Positions 1 to 13,200 of a DNA stretch of 64,000 nucleotides are shown here, piece after piece (position 1 is the stretch's first letter; each line of letters starts with the position of its first letter). The translations under genes were made by a program, and so were the position numbers. The notes beneath the pieces were generated by a model that saw nothing but the letters and a program-made list of their open reading frames with translations, did not search any database and was not told the origin of the DNA. The stretch lies in NCBI GenBank assembly GCA_010093815.1, contig ML996569.1, one strand, 5' to 3'. Source of the DNA: Pseudovirgaria hyperparasitica. Lineage: Eukaryota.

Positions 1-1712
1 AGAAGAATTTCACGAGCATTAAGGGAATGGCCCTACTAGTACGCTAGAAAGCGTAGATAGATAATATGGCTGTTCCGTATAAAGTCTACTACAAGCATTA
101 CTAAGATATAGCTAGAAAGAATGATATACTCGTTAGCGTGTCCTACTTAAACCTAGTAGCGAGACTTAAAATAGTATATAAGTTTAGAGATAACGTAGGG
201 GCCCTTAAAGTTTATAAGGACCGCTATACCTAGTTCGCGAAGTACGCGCGGCCACCTCATCTAATAGAGGCATTAGGTATCTATTATTACTAGGCCCTAG
301 AGACCCCGAAGTAAGTTATTAATATTAAAACCATCCTTACTAGTATCGCATTTATGATTTAGAAGGAGGACGGTAGGATAGGTAGATAACTCTTCGACGA
401 GTAGGAACGTACCGGAAGTATTAATATTAAAGGGCTCTTTGAGCTACTTAAAAAGACGACCTCTATACTTAATAAGAGTATTCTAGAACTCGCGAGGGAT
501 GAATTTAATATATATAAGTACTACTAGCGCATGTTTAATAAGAAATTAAACTACGGCTAGCTACGAACTATATACCACTCCTATATCTAATAGTTTATTA
601 GGTAATGCCTACTTTACTAGCTTACCTATATCGCTCTTCGGCCCGATCTTAACTACTATCTAATCTTATACCCGTACTATGCGAAGTCCTAGGATAGGGG
701 CGATAAGACGGGTTTTAAGTATCTCGATAACGCTATTAATCGAATCCTCGATCCTAGCGATAGACACGGGTTTAATATAATCTAGGGGAGTATTAGTCTC
801 GACGACGAACGAAGTAACGACTGCACTATAATTATTCCCCGCTCCTATAAGTTCTTAAATAAATGGTGGTCGAAGGCTAAGCTCCGCGAGGGGGTTAATC
901 GAAACGGTATAATTATAGCTATTAACGATAAGATCTATAATGCGGACGATAAGAAACGATTTAGTCCCTTCGTCCCGGTCCCCTACTAGTCCCTTAAAGT
1001 ACGCATCTCTAGCCTACTAATAATACACGGCGCCTAGGGTCCCGTAAAGGGTGGAAGACGTATAATGCTTCCATGGTATATCGCGATTAGCCCTAATTAT
1101 ATAATAATGGAAGTGCCTAAAATAGGTACATAGGAATAACTCGTAGTAGCTCATAGAAATTTAACTCTAGGACCCACGTCTCTATCGGGATTTTCTAATA
1201 AATACGGCGCGATTCCTTTTACCTTCCTAGCCGTAGTTTAACTCCCGAGTTTTAACGCCGTTAGTAACGCATTAGTCGGCCGTAAAAGATAGGATAGCTA
1301 GGAGGTAAAAGAAGAGGTAGCTGCGTGGCTTAACGCAAGTCCTTAATAACTTAAAGCTAAGGTAGACGCCTGGTTTAAGGAGGGCTCGAGGGTATTCGTG
1401 GAGACCTTTAAGAAAATAGTAAGGTAGAAAAGGCTAGTCTATGGGGATAGGTTATTCTAGAAGGAATTTAACGAGGCGCGCGCCGCTAAGCGGCTAATTA
1501 ATTTTAAGAAATTTAAGTCTAACGCGGGCCTAGATAACGTCGAAGAGAACTTCTATAGATAGGAGAGGCCTAACGAACTATCCGACGAGGAGGAATCTAA
1601 CCTCTCTAAGATAAGCGACACGATTCTTTAGGGGCTGGCTCGCGACCTCGAGTACTAAGATTAGGCGCCTAAAAACCTACCTAATTATTAGTTAAGGGCT
1701 GCCCTTAACTAA
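1..1712 (+). pseudogene. RIP-degraded ORF resembling a 2OG-Fe(II)/PhyH-like dioxygenase (5' end may lie outside the window)
   Basis: One frame, after reverting RIP changes, reads NYGWLRTMYHS..YPYYAKSQDRGDKTGFK[H]LD (HxD at 720-728), IQGS[V]SLDDE and HGAQGP.KGGRR.MLPW (His 1026, Arg 1056-1061). This fits an HxD...H triad plus a 2OG-binding Arg. Confidence 0.55.
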
Positions 1713-1715
1713 TAA
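1685..1715. repeat. 31-bp palindrome, copy 1 (TTATTAGTTAAGGGC-T-GCCCTTAACTAATAA)
   Basis: Perfect 15-bp arms around a 1-nt centre, seen directly in the sequence. Confidence 0.95.
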
Positions 1716-3040
1716 TTCGGGCTAAGGTTTACCCGCGCTAAGAGGTTTACTAGGGGCGTATTTTATCGTATTAAGGTCTTTCTTTTAGGCGTTCTTTATA
1801 CGGTTTCTTACACGGTTACTATACTACTAAGGGTAGTAGTTCTATGGGCCGGGGAGGTATATATAGAAGGCCGCTCCTACAGCCCTATATATATGTATCC
1901 CTAGCTCGATTATATGGCTTTATTATATATTTAAGGAGGGCGTTTTCCTTGGTCATTCTACTTGGCGCGCTTCCCCTATTACTAATATTCGACTATTCGA
2001 CCTTTTCTTACGTTCATGGGCCTCTATAGGTATTGATTATTAGGCTTAGCTATTAAAGAATTGATTAAGAGTATTATATAGACCCGTCCTATTATAAAAG
2101 AGAACTAATAAGAAGTCGTGCGTTCAAAGAGAACTTATAATACCTAGGAGAGATACTTGTGAGTTCGTCGCGACTACTATACTAGGAATACAGCCATTTA
2201 TAAAAGGGACACACGTAGCGATAGCTTACTACAATAGTTAAGATAGTCTAACTAGAACCGAGAAGGTTAACACGATCCACTATAGGGATAAGTAACACTA
2301 TATTAAATAATAGGGATCCTCTATAATTAGTATTAATCCTAGCCGTTTCTAACTAAGAAGTAGAAATATTAGACCGAATCACGGAGCTTTTAGATAAAGA
2401 AATGGTAGATACGCCGAGTAACTTCTAATAATATAAAGCCGGACAACGAGTCGTGGCGGAGCCACGCGAGGTATTATAATAAACTATCGCCGAACTTTAG
2501 GAATACGTTACGAATTAGGCTTAAGAGATTCAAACCCTTAAAGAATAGATAGAACGCGCGAAACTCCTCGTAAAGAGACGAGAACTTAAGGAGTCTCTTA
2601 AAGAACTACGCTAAACGATAGTAGGTGGACGACTTCCTACACCAATTCAGGCGGAATTAGTTTACCTACCATTAGAGTTACGACAATCTACCGTACACCT
2701 AGCCGCTTCATTACCGATTTACCCTACTCCTTCCCTAGGTATACCAAAATCTAAAGACCCGACTATATTTATAGGGAAGAACTAAAAGAAGTAGAAAGAC
2801 TAGAAGAGAGACTACGAAAAGTACTTCCTTAATAACCCTCTACTCTTTTCTACTAAAGTATAACGCATTTCGTTCGGAGAACGATACCTAGGCTTATAAT
2901 CCCGCGATTAATAGGATAGATAGAAGGAAGTGCAGCTACTATCTACGATAACCTAGGAACATTTAGCTATATTTATACTAAACACCCTCGGAACGGATAG
3001 AGAACATGAAAGAAAGGCACTATCTAAGTTAAGAAGCGTG

Positions 3041-3970
3041 GTATAACGACCGAACTAGACACCTACTTAACTACTATAATACCTCTAAAACCTATAGAAT
3101 AATATCCCTACGCTATAGAAAAATATTCGTATATTCTAGTTTCGCGAAGTACTACTTCCGTTAATCTATAAAAGACTAGAAATAGTATTATTAAGTTTTA
3201 ACTATCTATATAAATTAGAGGAGAAAGCTAATAAACACTACCGCATCCTTAAGGAACACGGCTCTCTAGGTAAAACCGACGAACCCTATACGGGTTAGAA
3301 ACGAGGTCGATCGAATACGTTCGATTAAGAGTAACCTTACCGCGATTAGCGCTAGAAGAGTATAAATTAGGGTAGAAACGCGTTAAGAGGATACTAAAAT
3401 AATTAAGGCGGTGCTTCTTAACACGGAAAAGGATAAGGTATAGGCTTAAATATAACGCCTATCGTAAAATAGTAGGATTATAGCGCACTTCGTTACTATA
3501 NNNNNNNNNNGTATAACGACCGAACTAGACACCTACTTAACTACTATAATACCTCTAAAACCTATAGAATAATATCCCTACGCTATAGAAAAATATTCGT
3601 ATATTCTAGTTTCGCGAAGTACTACTTCCGTTAATCTATAAAAGACTAGAAATAGTATTATTAAGTTTTAACTATCTATATAAATTAGAGGAGAAAGCTA
3701 ATAAACACTACCGCATCCTTAAGGAACACGGCTCTCTAGGTAAAACCGACGAACCCTATACGGGTTAGAAACGAGGTCGATCGAATACGTTCGATTAAGA
3801 GTAACCTTACCGCGATTAGCGCTAGAAGAGTATAAATTAGGGTAGAAACGCGTTAAGAGGATACTAAAATAATTAAGGCGGTGCTTCTTAACACGGAAAA
3901 GGATAAGGTATAGGCTTAAATATAACGCCTATCGTAAAATAGTAGGATTATAGCGCACTTCGTTACTATA
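3041..3970. other. Assembly gap (N x10 at 3501-3510) flanked by an apparently identical 460-bp duplication (3041-3500 = 3511-3970)
   Basis: Both copies start gtataacgaccgaac and end cgttactata and abut the N run. This is typical of an unmerged contig overlap. Confidence 0.9.
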
Positions 3971-5452
3971 AGTATAGAGAAATAGAATATATTTCGCCTA
4001 ACTATAAGAATCTAAAAAAAGAATAGGCTAGTACACGAGACCTAACCGCGTTCTTAGCTAAATTATATATACTTAGGAGGAGCCGTAGCGCCTTCCGGCG
4101 AGTAAAGATCTAATATTACTAAAAGTATCGTTATCTATAGTAAATGGTAATAAAACTATATAGGCCCTCGTGGACACTAGTATAGAAGATAACTATATTT
4201 CGTTAATTCTCGTAAAGGAGTATAGATTATCGTACGATCTTAGTAAAGTTGGCCGAACTATCGTAGTTAATAGATATAAAGTTAGAACTTTAGATAAAGC
4301 TATAACGAATTACGAAGTTCATGACTCGAAGATAATAAAATAGTAGATATCTAATAAATTCATCGTGGCTAATATTAGCTAATAGAATATAATTCTAGGA
4401 ATACCTTAGCTTAGACGCCTAAACCCTATCCTCGATTTTTAGAAGGAGATATTAACGTTCTAACGACACCGTGGTAAATTATACTAGTAAGTTGTAACTA
4501 TTAGTAAGGAGGCATAGAACCTCGCTATGCGGACCTAATCGTCGCTAATCTATCTTACGTCCTTATTAATCGTCGATAAAGACGAGGACGATAGTAATAA
4601 TCGGGGCAAAGACACGCTACCTAACGTATATTCGTAGTATACGGATATGTTTTCGGTAGGAGATACGTTACTTCTCTCTAATCACGGGCCGTATAAGCTA
4701 AAGATTAAGCTCGAAGAGGGAGTAGACGTCCCTTATAGCCTACTTTACCTACTTTCGAGACTAGAACTCGAAGTTCTTTATAAATATATTAAAGAATACC
4801 TTAAAAGAGACTAGATACGTTATAGTATATTATCGGCCGGCGTACCTATTCTCTTCGTGAAGAAGAAAGATAGAAGTTTATATCTATACGTCGACTATTA
4901 GATACTAAATGCGGTAACTAAGAAGAATCATTACCTATTACCGCTAGTTAGTAAATCTTTAGACTAATTAACGAAGGTAAAGTACTTTACGAAGCTAGAT
5001 TTACAAGATATATATTACCGGCTTCGAATTCATCACGGAGATGAGTAGAAAACCGCATTTCGGACTAGATATAGTTATTTTAAGTATACTATTATGCCAT
5101 TTAGGCTAACAAATACGCTAGGAGTATTTTAAGGATACATTAATACTACACTCGTAGGATTACTTAACGTGATTTACGTAGTTTATCTCGATAATATACT
5201 AATTTACTCCGATAATAATAATAATAATAATATTGTATAACTAGGTAGAGTAGTACTCTACAGGCCTATGCCTCCTCTAGTCTAAGCCACTATGTAAGAA
5301 GAAACCCCATAGGGAAAAACTTCCTTGTATCTATAACTACATCTCGTTAAACCTCTATTTCGTCTTAAGTATATAGCTATAGGGTACGCCTATTAGCCTA
5401 TAGCCTATATTACTATTATTTTACCCTTAGGTAGCACGTGTAGGTGCGGAGG

Positions 5453-5483
5453 TTATTAGTTAAGGGCTGCCCTTAACTAATAA
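5453..5483. repeat. 31-bp palindrome, copy 2 (at the LINE ORF2 3' end)
   Basis: Identical to copy 1. Confidence 0.95.
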
Positions 5484-8400
5484 TCGGGGTTCTCCCAGGG
5501 TTCTTCCGGTATATATCGGGTTACTACCGGCGTATACCGGGTCTCTTCTAGTATATATTTCCGGGTCTACTAGTACTAGAGGAGTAGTAGATATATAAGT
5601 ATCTATCGGGAGACATTCTTAGAGTACTTATTAAGCTATTATACGATATCTAAAGTCTTCGTAACGTGGATAAGCTATTACCGTTATATATAGAGGTTAG
5701 GGTATATAGCTAGATAGTAGCATATTATACCTCTCCGGCCGCACGTCTTATACTATAGGGAGGTGTCGGGAACGCCTCTCTTATAGATATAGTATAGGAG
5801 TCCTATAGCGCCCGTTCGGGCTTGGATAAGTATAGATGCTTAGGCTTTCGTTAGCCCTTTATATATCTATTTACTCGGTTCCTTCTATAGCCCTCGAATC
5901 CACTCTAGGTATCTATCCTACTAGGAGGTCTAGTAGGTATAGAGTGCCTCTTTCTACTTATCTTAAGTCCACGACCGTATGTTTTTTATAAGTTCTTAAA
6001 GGCTCTACCGGTCTAGAAGAGCGTCCGGGTTGTCTCGGACTTCTTATACTACTTAGCTAGAGTCGGCTTCTATTAAGCACCTATACCGTATTTAATTCCG
6101 GCCTATATATAGGAGTGCGCGGTAATATATACTAATTCGTACACGTAGCGCGGCGAAAGTATATTCTACGTTTCCTATACGTTCCTATGCTTATTATTTA
6201 GTGAAGTATACTACCCTCTATATCTAGTAGAAGTTATATATACTTATAACGTCTATCTCGCGTCGTAGTAGTACCGTGTTAGTAGCTTTATATACGCCTA
6301 ATATAAGACGGAGTATACGGTTCTATATGGATTCGAGCTTCATTCGCCTAGTCTATATAAGGGCCGTATACTAGTACTCGTGTCCGTACGTGAAGGCGGG
6401 TCGTGCTATAGATATATATAGCTAGCGTGCCTTATCCCGGGCGGTTCCCTATATAGAGGCTGTAATCCGTTGTATGGCGGCTTCTATCTAGAGGGCTCTA
6501 GAGACGGTATATACTACTTATAGTCCCTATTTAAGCTTACTATCTAGTATAACTCCGAGCGCGCGTATGCTTTATACTAGTAGTTCGTTAAATGCGTCGA
6601 TTCGGGGGCGTTATTCGCCTTCCCTAGTTACCTATTTCCCTTAACGATTAATGAAGTGTATAAGCTAGTATTTCTCTAGGGCGAACTTTACTCCGTGGCG
6701 TTTTACCTACTAGAGGTACCTCTTATGGTCCTGTTCTAGTCGTCTACACGTTCGGTTAGTATTATTATTAATAGCTAGAAGGTATATATTATTAGCGTAT
6801 CCGACTACCTCTATATACTTTATTCCTTAAAGAAGGTCTACCGTAAAGAAGAGAAATAGGATTAGAGAGATAGTGCTCCCTTATAGGATGCCGTATACCG
6901 TCTCTTTATATTCGCTCTAGTACCTAGGGATATATATCTAAGTTGTTCTTCCTATAAGGAATAACTATATAAAGCGTGTAATCCATTCTAGTATTCGTCT
7001 TATCCGGAGGTTATAAATAAGTCTTATATAGTTTACCTTGTTAAACGCTCCGGCTATATCGAGGGAGAGGAGCGATACTACCCGTCCCTATTTCTATACG
7101 GCCTAGACGACTTCGATAATATATTAGATAGCTATTATTAGAGAGCTATCTATCTTTGCCTTCTAGTTCGGAGGGAGGAGATTATATTTCTATACCATAG
7201 TACTTATCTTCTTCGCTATCGTAGCCTCTAGTATCTTACCTAGGTAGAAGAGAAGGGCGATTAGTCTCTATCCCTTTAGGGAGTTAGGGCTCTTTCCTAG
7301 TTTCGGGAGTATAATAGTATAGGCGACTCGGAAGCTCTAGGGGTGGTACCCCTACGTGACGTATACTTAGAATATACGAGTAATAAGCGGTAGGGTCGCT
7401 TTTATAGTACTTTTTAGGTATTAATTTAGAATTCCATCTGGTCTAGGTGCTTTATCATTTAGGAGTATCTTAATAATATTAAGTATATCCTCCTCCGTAA
7501 CTTCTTTAGGGATATCTACCGCGTGTAGATATTCGGCGCCGTGAATATCTAATAGGTCTACTAGTTCTAGGAGAGGGAACATGGCCTCCCGTAGGGCCTT
7601 AGTTTTCTTAAGGCTTATGGAGTATATTCTTCCCTAATGTATTAGGGGAGGTATAAGTAGCGGGGGTGTCGGAGTGTCTACGCCCTTAGCCTATTTCGCT
7701 ATACGCTATAGCCCTATTACGTATCGTGTCTATTAACTAGTAATTATACGCTACTATTTACGCCTTTCGTTATAGAGGACTTTATTACGTTATCGTATTG
7801 CTTCCTTCTATTCTTTCTACGACTCGGGTATTCTCGTATAGTATACGCGTGTATATAGCCTTTAGGTGTCTTATCTACTTTCCCGTACTTAAGGAATCCC
7901 CTTTGCTTCCGGGGGCCGGTATATTTAGTATAGTATATGTTTATTTCTCGCATTCTAATATATTTATAGGAGTGTCTATACGGCCTGGTCTATGGCTAGG
8001 TCGTTAGATACATCGACTATAGAGGGATCTAGGATCGCCGATTCCAGGTCCTTCAGGTACTTTTCCTAGTCGGTGTCCTTCTATATCTATCGTCCCCGTT
8101 ATTTATTCGGGGTATGCATGTTTATTATAGTTTCCATGCATTCGTGGTTAGAATCCGTCTATACCTAGCCTAGGCGGTAGTATTAGATCCGGTAACTAAT
8201 ATACTCCGTAGCGAAGGTAAGGTTAAGCGTAGACCTATCTTTATTCTATTTATATTTTTTCTATATAACTTATCCCATAGGTGTAAGTAGATATAGGAAG
8301 TCGTGGTAGCGGGTGCGTAGTTCCCTTACTCTAAGTTCTTCCCTAACTACGGCTAGGCCTCTCTACTATTAGTAGTAGAGGTTAAAGTCTCCTAGAAGGA

Positions 8401-10229
8401 TGTGTTACCCTAGTTCCGTAGTACCCTCGAGTATCTTATCTAGTATAAGTACACGTTATTAGTTATATATATTATATATATATAGGGGGCCTATATCTAT
8501 TTATAGGTGTAGTATTATTCTAAGGTTATCGCGCTCGGTATATAACTATAATAAGAGTAGTATTAACCTATGAATGTGGAAGAGGACTCATCTTTCTAGT
8601 CCTAGAGGGTGTATAGTATAGTATCCGGGGTATATAGTTGGTTTGCTCGTCTAGTAGTATTTATAGGGTTCCTAGATAGTAAGTATTATAGCCCCGGTCT
8701 CTTCGAGGAGCGTCACCTAGTTCTCTCTTTTATATTATATGTTTACCTATATAATTCGGAGTATATTCTAGTCCCTTATTAGGTACTAGAGAGTATATAT
8801 ACCTATATACTTATTTCTCGGAGGCGCGACTATCCTCGCGCGGTAGCGGCTTTAACTATACCTTTTAGTTATCCTATCGTCTTCGGGATAGTCTACTATC
8901 CCGCCTAACTATCTTCCGGAGGGGAGGTTAGGGGTGTTATAAAGGAAGGGCTCGTGGTAGGTGTTATATTCTATAACTATCTCGCGCCTCTCGCTTTTAT
9001 CATATAAATGTATTCTATAACCTATTTACGTTTTATACACGTTAACGACTACGATAGGTGTTTCCTATCGTAGTTTAAATACTATACTATGTCCCTATTT
9101 CTTAGTCCGTCTCCTCACGGTTCATGAGAGTACTCCTAGGTAGCGTGGTCCCCACGGTACTATCCGCACTTAGTCTTCTATAAGCACCTTTATATAGTAT
9201 ATCTATACCCTTAATAGTTAAAGTACTATGTTATTACCTATACTCTATCCTATGGCTCGGCTATAAGGAGCTCTCCTTCTATTAGGAATCCCTTCTATAT
9301 AATACGTTATATGAGGGCGGGGTCTCGGAGCTCTATATTTATAGTAGAGTGTTTTTTCGCCGTCGTCTTAATCGCCTATGGGTTCTTCTACCACGCTTTC
9401 ACGATCTTAATCCCTAGGTATTTTCGCGTGTTGGATTATTCTATGCGCGTAATATCCTCCGCTCTAATAGCCTGTCCCCGCACGGGTACTACGTGTACTA
9501 TAATCGGGTATATAGCTACCCTAATGGACGCGCTAGGGAAGATACTACCTATCGCGTTCGGATCTCGCGAGATGTTTTACTACGTAGTATTCGTTATAGT
9601 AGTAAGTACTACCCTATCTAGCGTAACTTTAGTAGCCACGACGCTCGACTATATTCCTTTCTATTTATTAATCTTATTTATAATTTCCTTTGGGGATGCC
9701 TATTAGACCTACGCTAGTATGTCCTTATCCTAGATTACGATACGTATACTACATGCTCTATCTATGGTTCTAGTGGTCCTTAGTACGGTAGCTCCGGGTG
9801 TTACTATAATCTAAGCCCACGTGTTAGGGCGCTTACCTTAGGATAGCTCTTCCTAGATTCTCCGTAGGCTAGCTTCTATTCGGTCGAGCCTACTACTAGG
9901 TTCCTCTCGTAGCGACTTTCTTTCTTTCTCTATAATTCCTCTTAGGTTCTAGATAAGGTCCCGGAATATATAAAGGAGGGTCTTCTTTCCCTCCTCGGCG
10001 TCCCTCTCTATACGTATTACCTAGTATTTAATTTTATCTAGAAGGGTCTCCCCTCTCGGGGTCCCCTTAGTCTAGGTTATCTATGGCGCTTCGTACCCTT
10101 AGTTAGTTCCTATATTTTAGATAGGTGTCTAGCTATCTATATTAATATCGCTATATAGCCGTTTCTACCGTACTAGTGGGGGTATATCCGGCGTATACCG
10201 GGGTATTATAATGCCTAAGGCCGCCATGG

Positions 10230-10260
10230 TTATTAGTTAAGGGTAGCCCTTAACTAATAA
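10230..10260. repeat. 31-bp palindrome, copy 3 (2 nt upstream of the LINE ORF1 ATG)
   Basis: Same arms. The centre GGGTAGCCC is the opposite orientation (GGGCAGCCC) with one RIP-type C>T change. Confidence 0.93.
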
Positions 10261-13200
10261 AAGGGGGTTAGCGTGTCGGCGTTTATTAGATATAGTCTAT
10301 GCTCGTGTTATCGAAGAGTCTTTAAGCGTATATATATAGTATCTCTACACGTTAGTATCGTCGCGTATTATACGCTATACGTACGTACATATGTCGGAGG
10401 TTATTATACTCGGTATACTCTATCGTTTAATGTATGTAAATCGCTATTTTGCCCCGAATTAACTAGTTTAGTCCGTTAGGGTGTGAGAAGTTTTTCTACT
10501 CCGATAGTATATAGAATTATAAAGAACACGTGAAATCGGTGCTAAATCGTCTAAGGTAGTATAAACTCTACGTAAAATTATCTAAATGCGAGTTTCACTA
10601 ATAAGAAGTTAGGTTTCTTGGCTTTATTATAACACATAGCGGCCTAAAAATAGAGCCGGAGCGTGTAAAGACTATTATGGAATAGCTAGAACCTACTACT
10701 ATACGTTAAATTAGAACATTCATAGGTTTCGTAAACTATTATCGTAAATTCATTATAGGCTTCTTACGAATTACGGCGCCGCTTAATAAACTCATAGAGA
10801 ATGGCGGTAAAATCCCTATAGGTAGGCGAGTATAGCGTAAAGCTAAGTCGGTCGAGATATAGTTAACGCCGGAAGCGCGAGATACGTTCCGATCGTTAAA
10901 GAATTACTTTATAACTACGCCGATTCTTAGGCATTTTAATTCTAAGAAGTATATTTAGGTCGAAACTAACGCGTTAGAATTCGTAATTACTAGAATCATT
11001 AGTTAACCGCATAAAGATGCGAAAGACAAGGTATAATAGTACCCGGTCGCCTTCTTTTCCCGTAAAATGGCGGATATAGAGACGCGTTATAATACGCACG
11101 ACTAGGAACTACTTATAATTATCGAGAGTTTTAAGTAATAGCGATATTATTTAGAAGGCTCCGTATATTAGATCGAATTATTATTAGATTACGTAAATCT
11201 ACGTTACTTTATGTTAACCAAGGTCCTTAATCGCCGATAAGTACGTTAGGCTAAGTAGATATTAATATTTAACTTTAAAATCTTATATAAAGCTAGAAGA
11301 GAGAATAAAGCTAATCCTCTATCGCGGCGTAAAGATTATAAGAAATCATCATAGAATAACATAGATAGTCAGTATAAGTTAGACTATACTATACTTTAGA
11401 TACTATAAGACTAGTTATCTAATAGAATACTAGAAGCTAGGATACTTTCGGCGATTCTCCGCGGGAATTAGAGCGGGTATTAAGTAATCTAAATAAACAT
11501 CTAAGAAACTAAGAAAACCCTTAAAGACTTAATTAAATCTACCTAGAATTCCGATATATTAGTAAAGAAAGTCATAAGTATAAAAGGAAGCGCTATAGAT
11601 CTACTATAGTTATTAAGGTAGGAATCATAATTAGACGCGATCTACTTCTAAGGCCGACTCTACGTGCTAGAAGGCGGCTTATAAATTAATATTTTAAGGA
11701 AATAGCACGATTACGCGTTAGTAGGGCACTTTAGCGTTATAAGGACGGTCGATTTAATCCGAAGGACGTACGACTAGCCGGGTCTTTATAAATATATAAA
11801 AGACTACGTAAAAACGTGTAATGTTTACCAGCATACGAAAGTACATAGACACTTACTATATAGCGAATTAAGGCCATTACCTATGCTAAAGGAGGCATAG
11901 AAGGAATTATCGATGGATTTTATCACAGATCTACCCCTAAGTAAGTATTCTAGGCACATTTATAATAGTTTACTTATAGTTCTAGATAGATTTATAAAGA
12001 TATTATACTATATCCCTATAAGGGAGACAATCTAAGTACCGGATCTTATAGATATACTACTCCGTGACGTAGTCCGGCTCTATAGTATACCGAACGGTAT
12101 AGTTTTAGATAGAGGTCCGTAGATAACGTCTAAATTTTAGAAGGATTTCTACTATATACTAGAAATTAAGCGGAAACTTAGTACTACGTTCTATCTATAA
12201 ATAGATAGATAGACGGAGCGGTAGAATTAGATAGTCGAGGCGTATTTACGTGTATATTATAACTATAAGTAGGATAACTAGATAAGGTTAGTCTATATCG
12301 CGGAATTCGCGTATAATAATAGCCGACATGTATTAACCTATATAAGTCCGTTCGAAGTAAACTTCGGTCGGAACTATAATACGTAGTTCTTAGGGACTTA
12401 GTTTAAAGTAGAACGACCTAACGTTAAAGTAATAGAAATTACTATAGAACTATTCTAAATATAAAGAAGCGTTATAAAGTTACTATAAGATACTACGAAT
12501 TATAGTAAATCGCACTATAATAAGGGTAGAAAACCTATAATCTTTAATATTAGGGATAAAGTTTTACTAAATAGTAAGAATATTCGTAGTATTAGGCTAA
12601 AGAAGAAGCTTAACTATACGATAATAGATCTATATAAGATTACTCGTATAATTAATGACCAGGCGTACGAGTTATAACTCCCTTCTACGTTAAAGATATA
12701 TAATATATTCCATATTATACTTCTCGAGCCATTTCATGCCTTATTATTACCGGATCGTTCTAAATAGATACTATATAAAGTAGTTACGTAAGAAGGTATA
12801 GATATCTACGAAGTTAAGTAGATACTTAGCTAGTAACGCGCCGAAGATAGCACGTAGCTATATAAAATTTATTAGAAAGGATATAATTCTAACAAAGATA
12901 CTTAGGAACCTATAATAAATATTAGTAAAGCAGCGATATTAGTATATAAGTAGCGATTAGTAAAGGAAGCCGCAGAATCGTAGAGAATTATACTAAAGTA
13001 CGGCGATTCGACGTTTTTTAGTATAGTTCGGCGCCGAGGACGGCTGTCTAAAAGGAAGAAGGTAAAAGAGATATAGATCTTTAAAACATTCTAAGGAATT
13101 AAGGAACTTCCTTAGAAAGTTCGAACTTAGAACTTTAAAAAATTTAACTAAAAAAGAGACTTAGAAAAATAATTTACTAAGAAAAATGGATATCGAAAAT

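Larger units (their letters stand above)
5215..10496 (-). mobile_element. RIP-degraded Tad1-like LINE inserted into the Gypsy RT
   Basis: Minus strand shows an ORF1 ATG at 10227 with Cys/His knuckle relics (~9000-9200). ORF2 has APE motifs IQEP (~8670), LLGDFNL (~8390) and DS[D]H (~8150), RT motifs KAPGPDG (~7440), GIPQGS (~6880) and GYA[DD] (~6795), and a C-terminal Cys motif. There is an (ATT)n tail at ~5212-5231 and the TSD TACTCCGATA at 5205-5214 and 10497-10506. Confidence 0.9.

Noticed and set aside
1890..2240. 5' LTR of the Gypsy element
   Set aside because: No convincing match to the 14899-15126 LTR candidate could be aligned by eye.
3041..3970. 460-bp tandem duplication in gag
   Set aside because: The copies look identical and abut an N gap, so this is an assembly artefact rather than biology.
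1685..10260. CRISPR-like interpretation of the palindromic repeats
   Set aside because: The DNA is eukaryotic, the copies are kilobases apart, and there are no spacers or cas genes.
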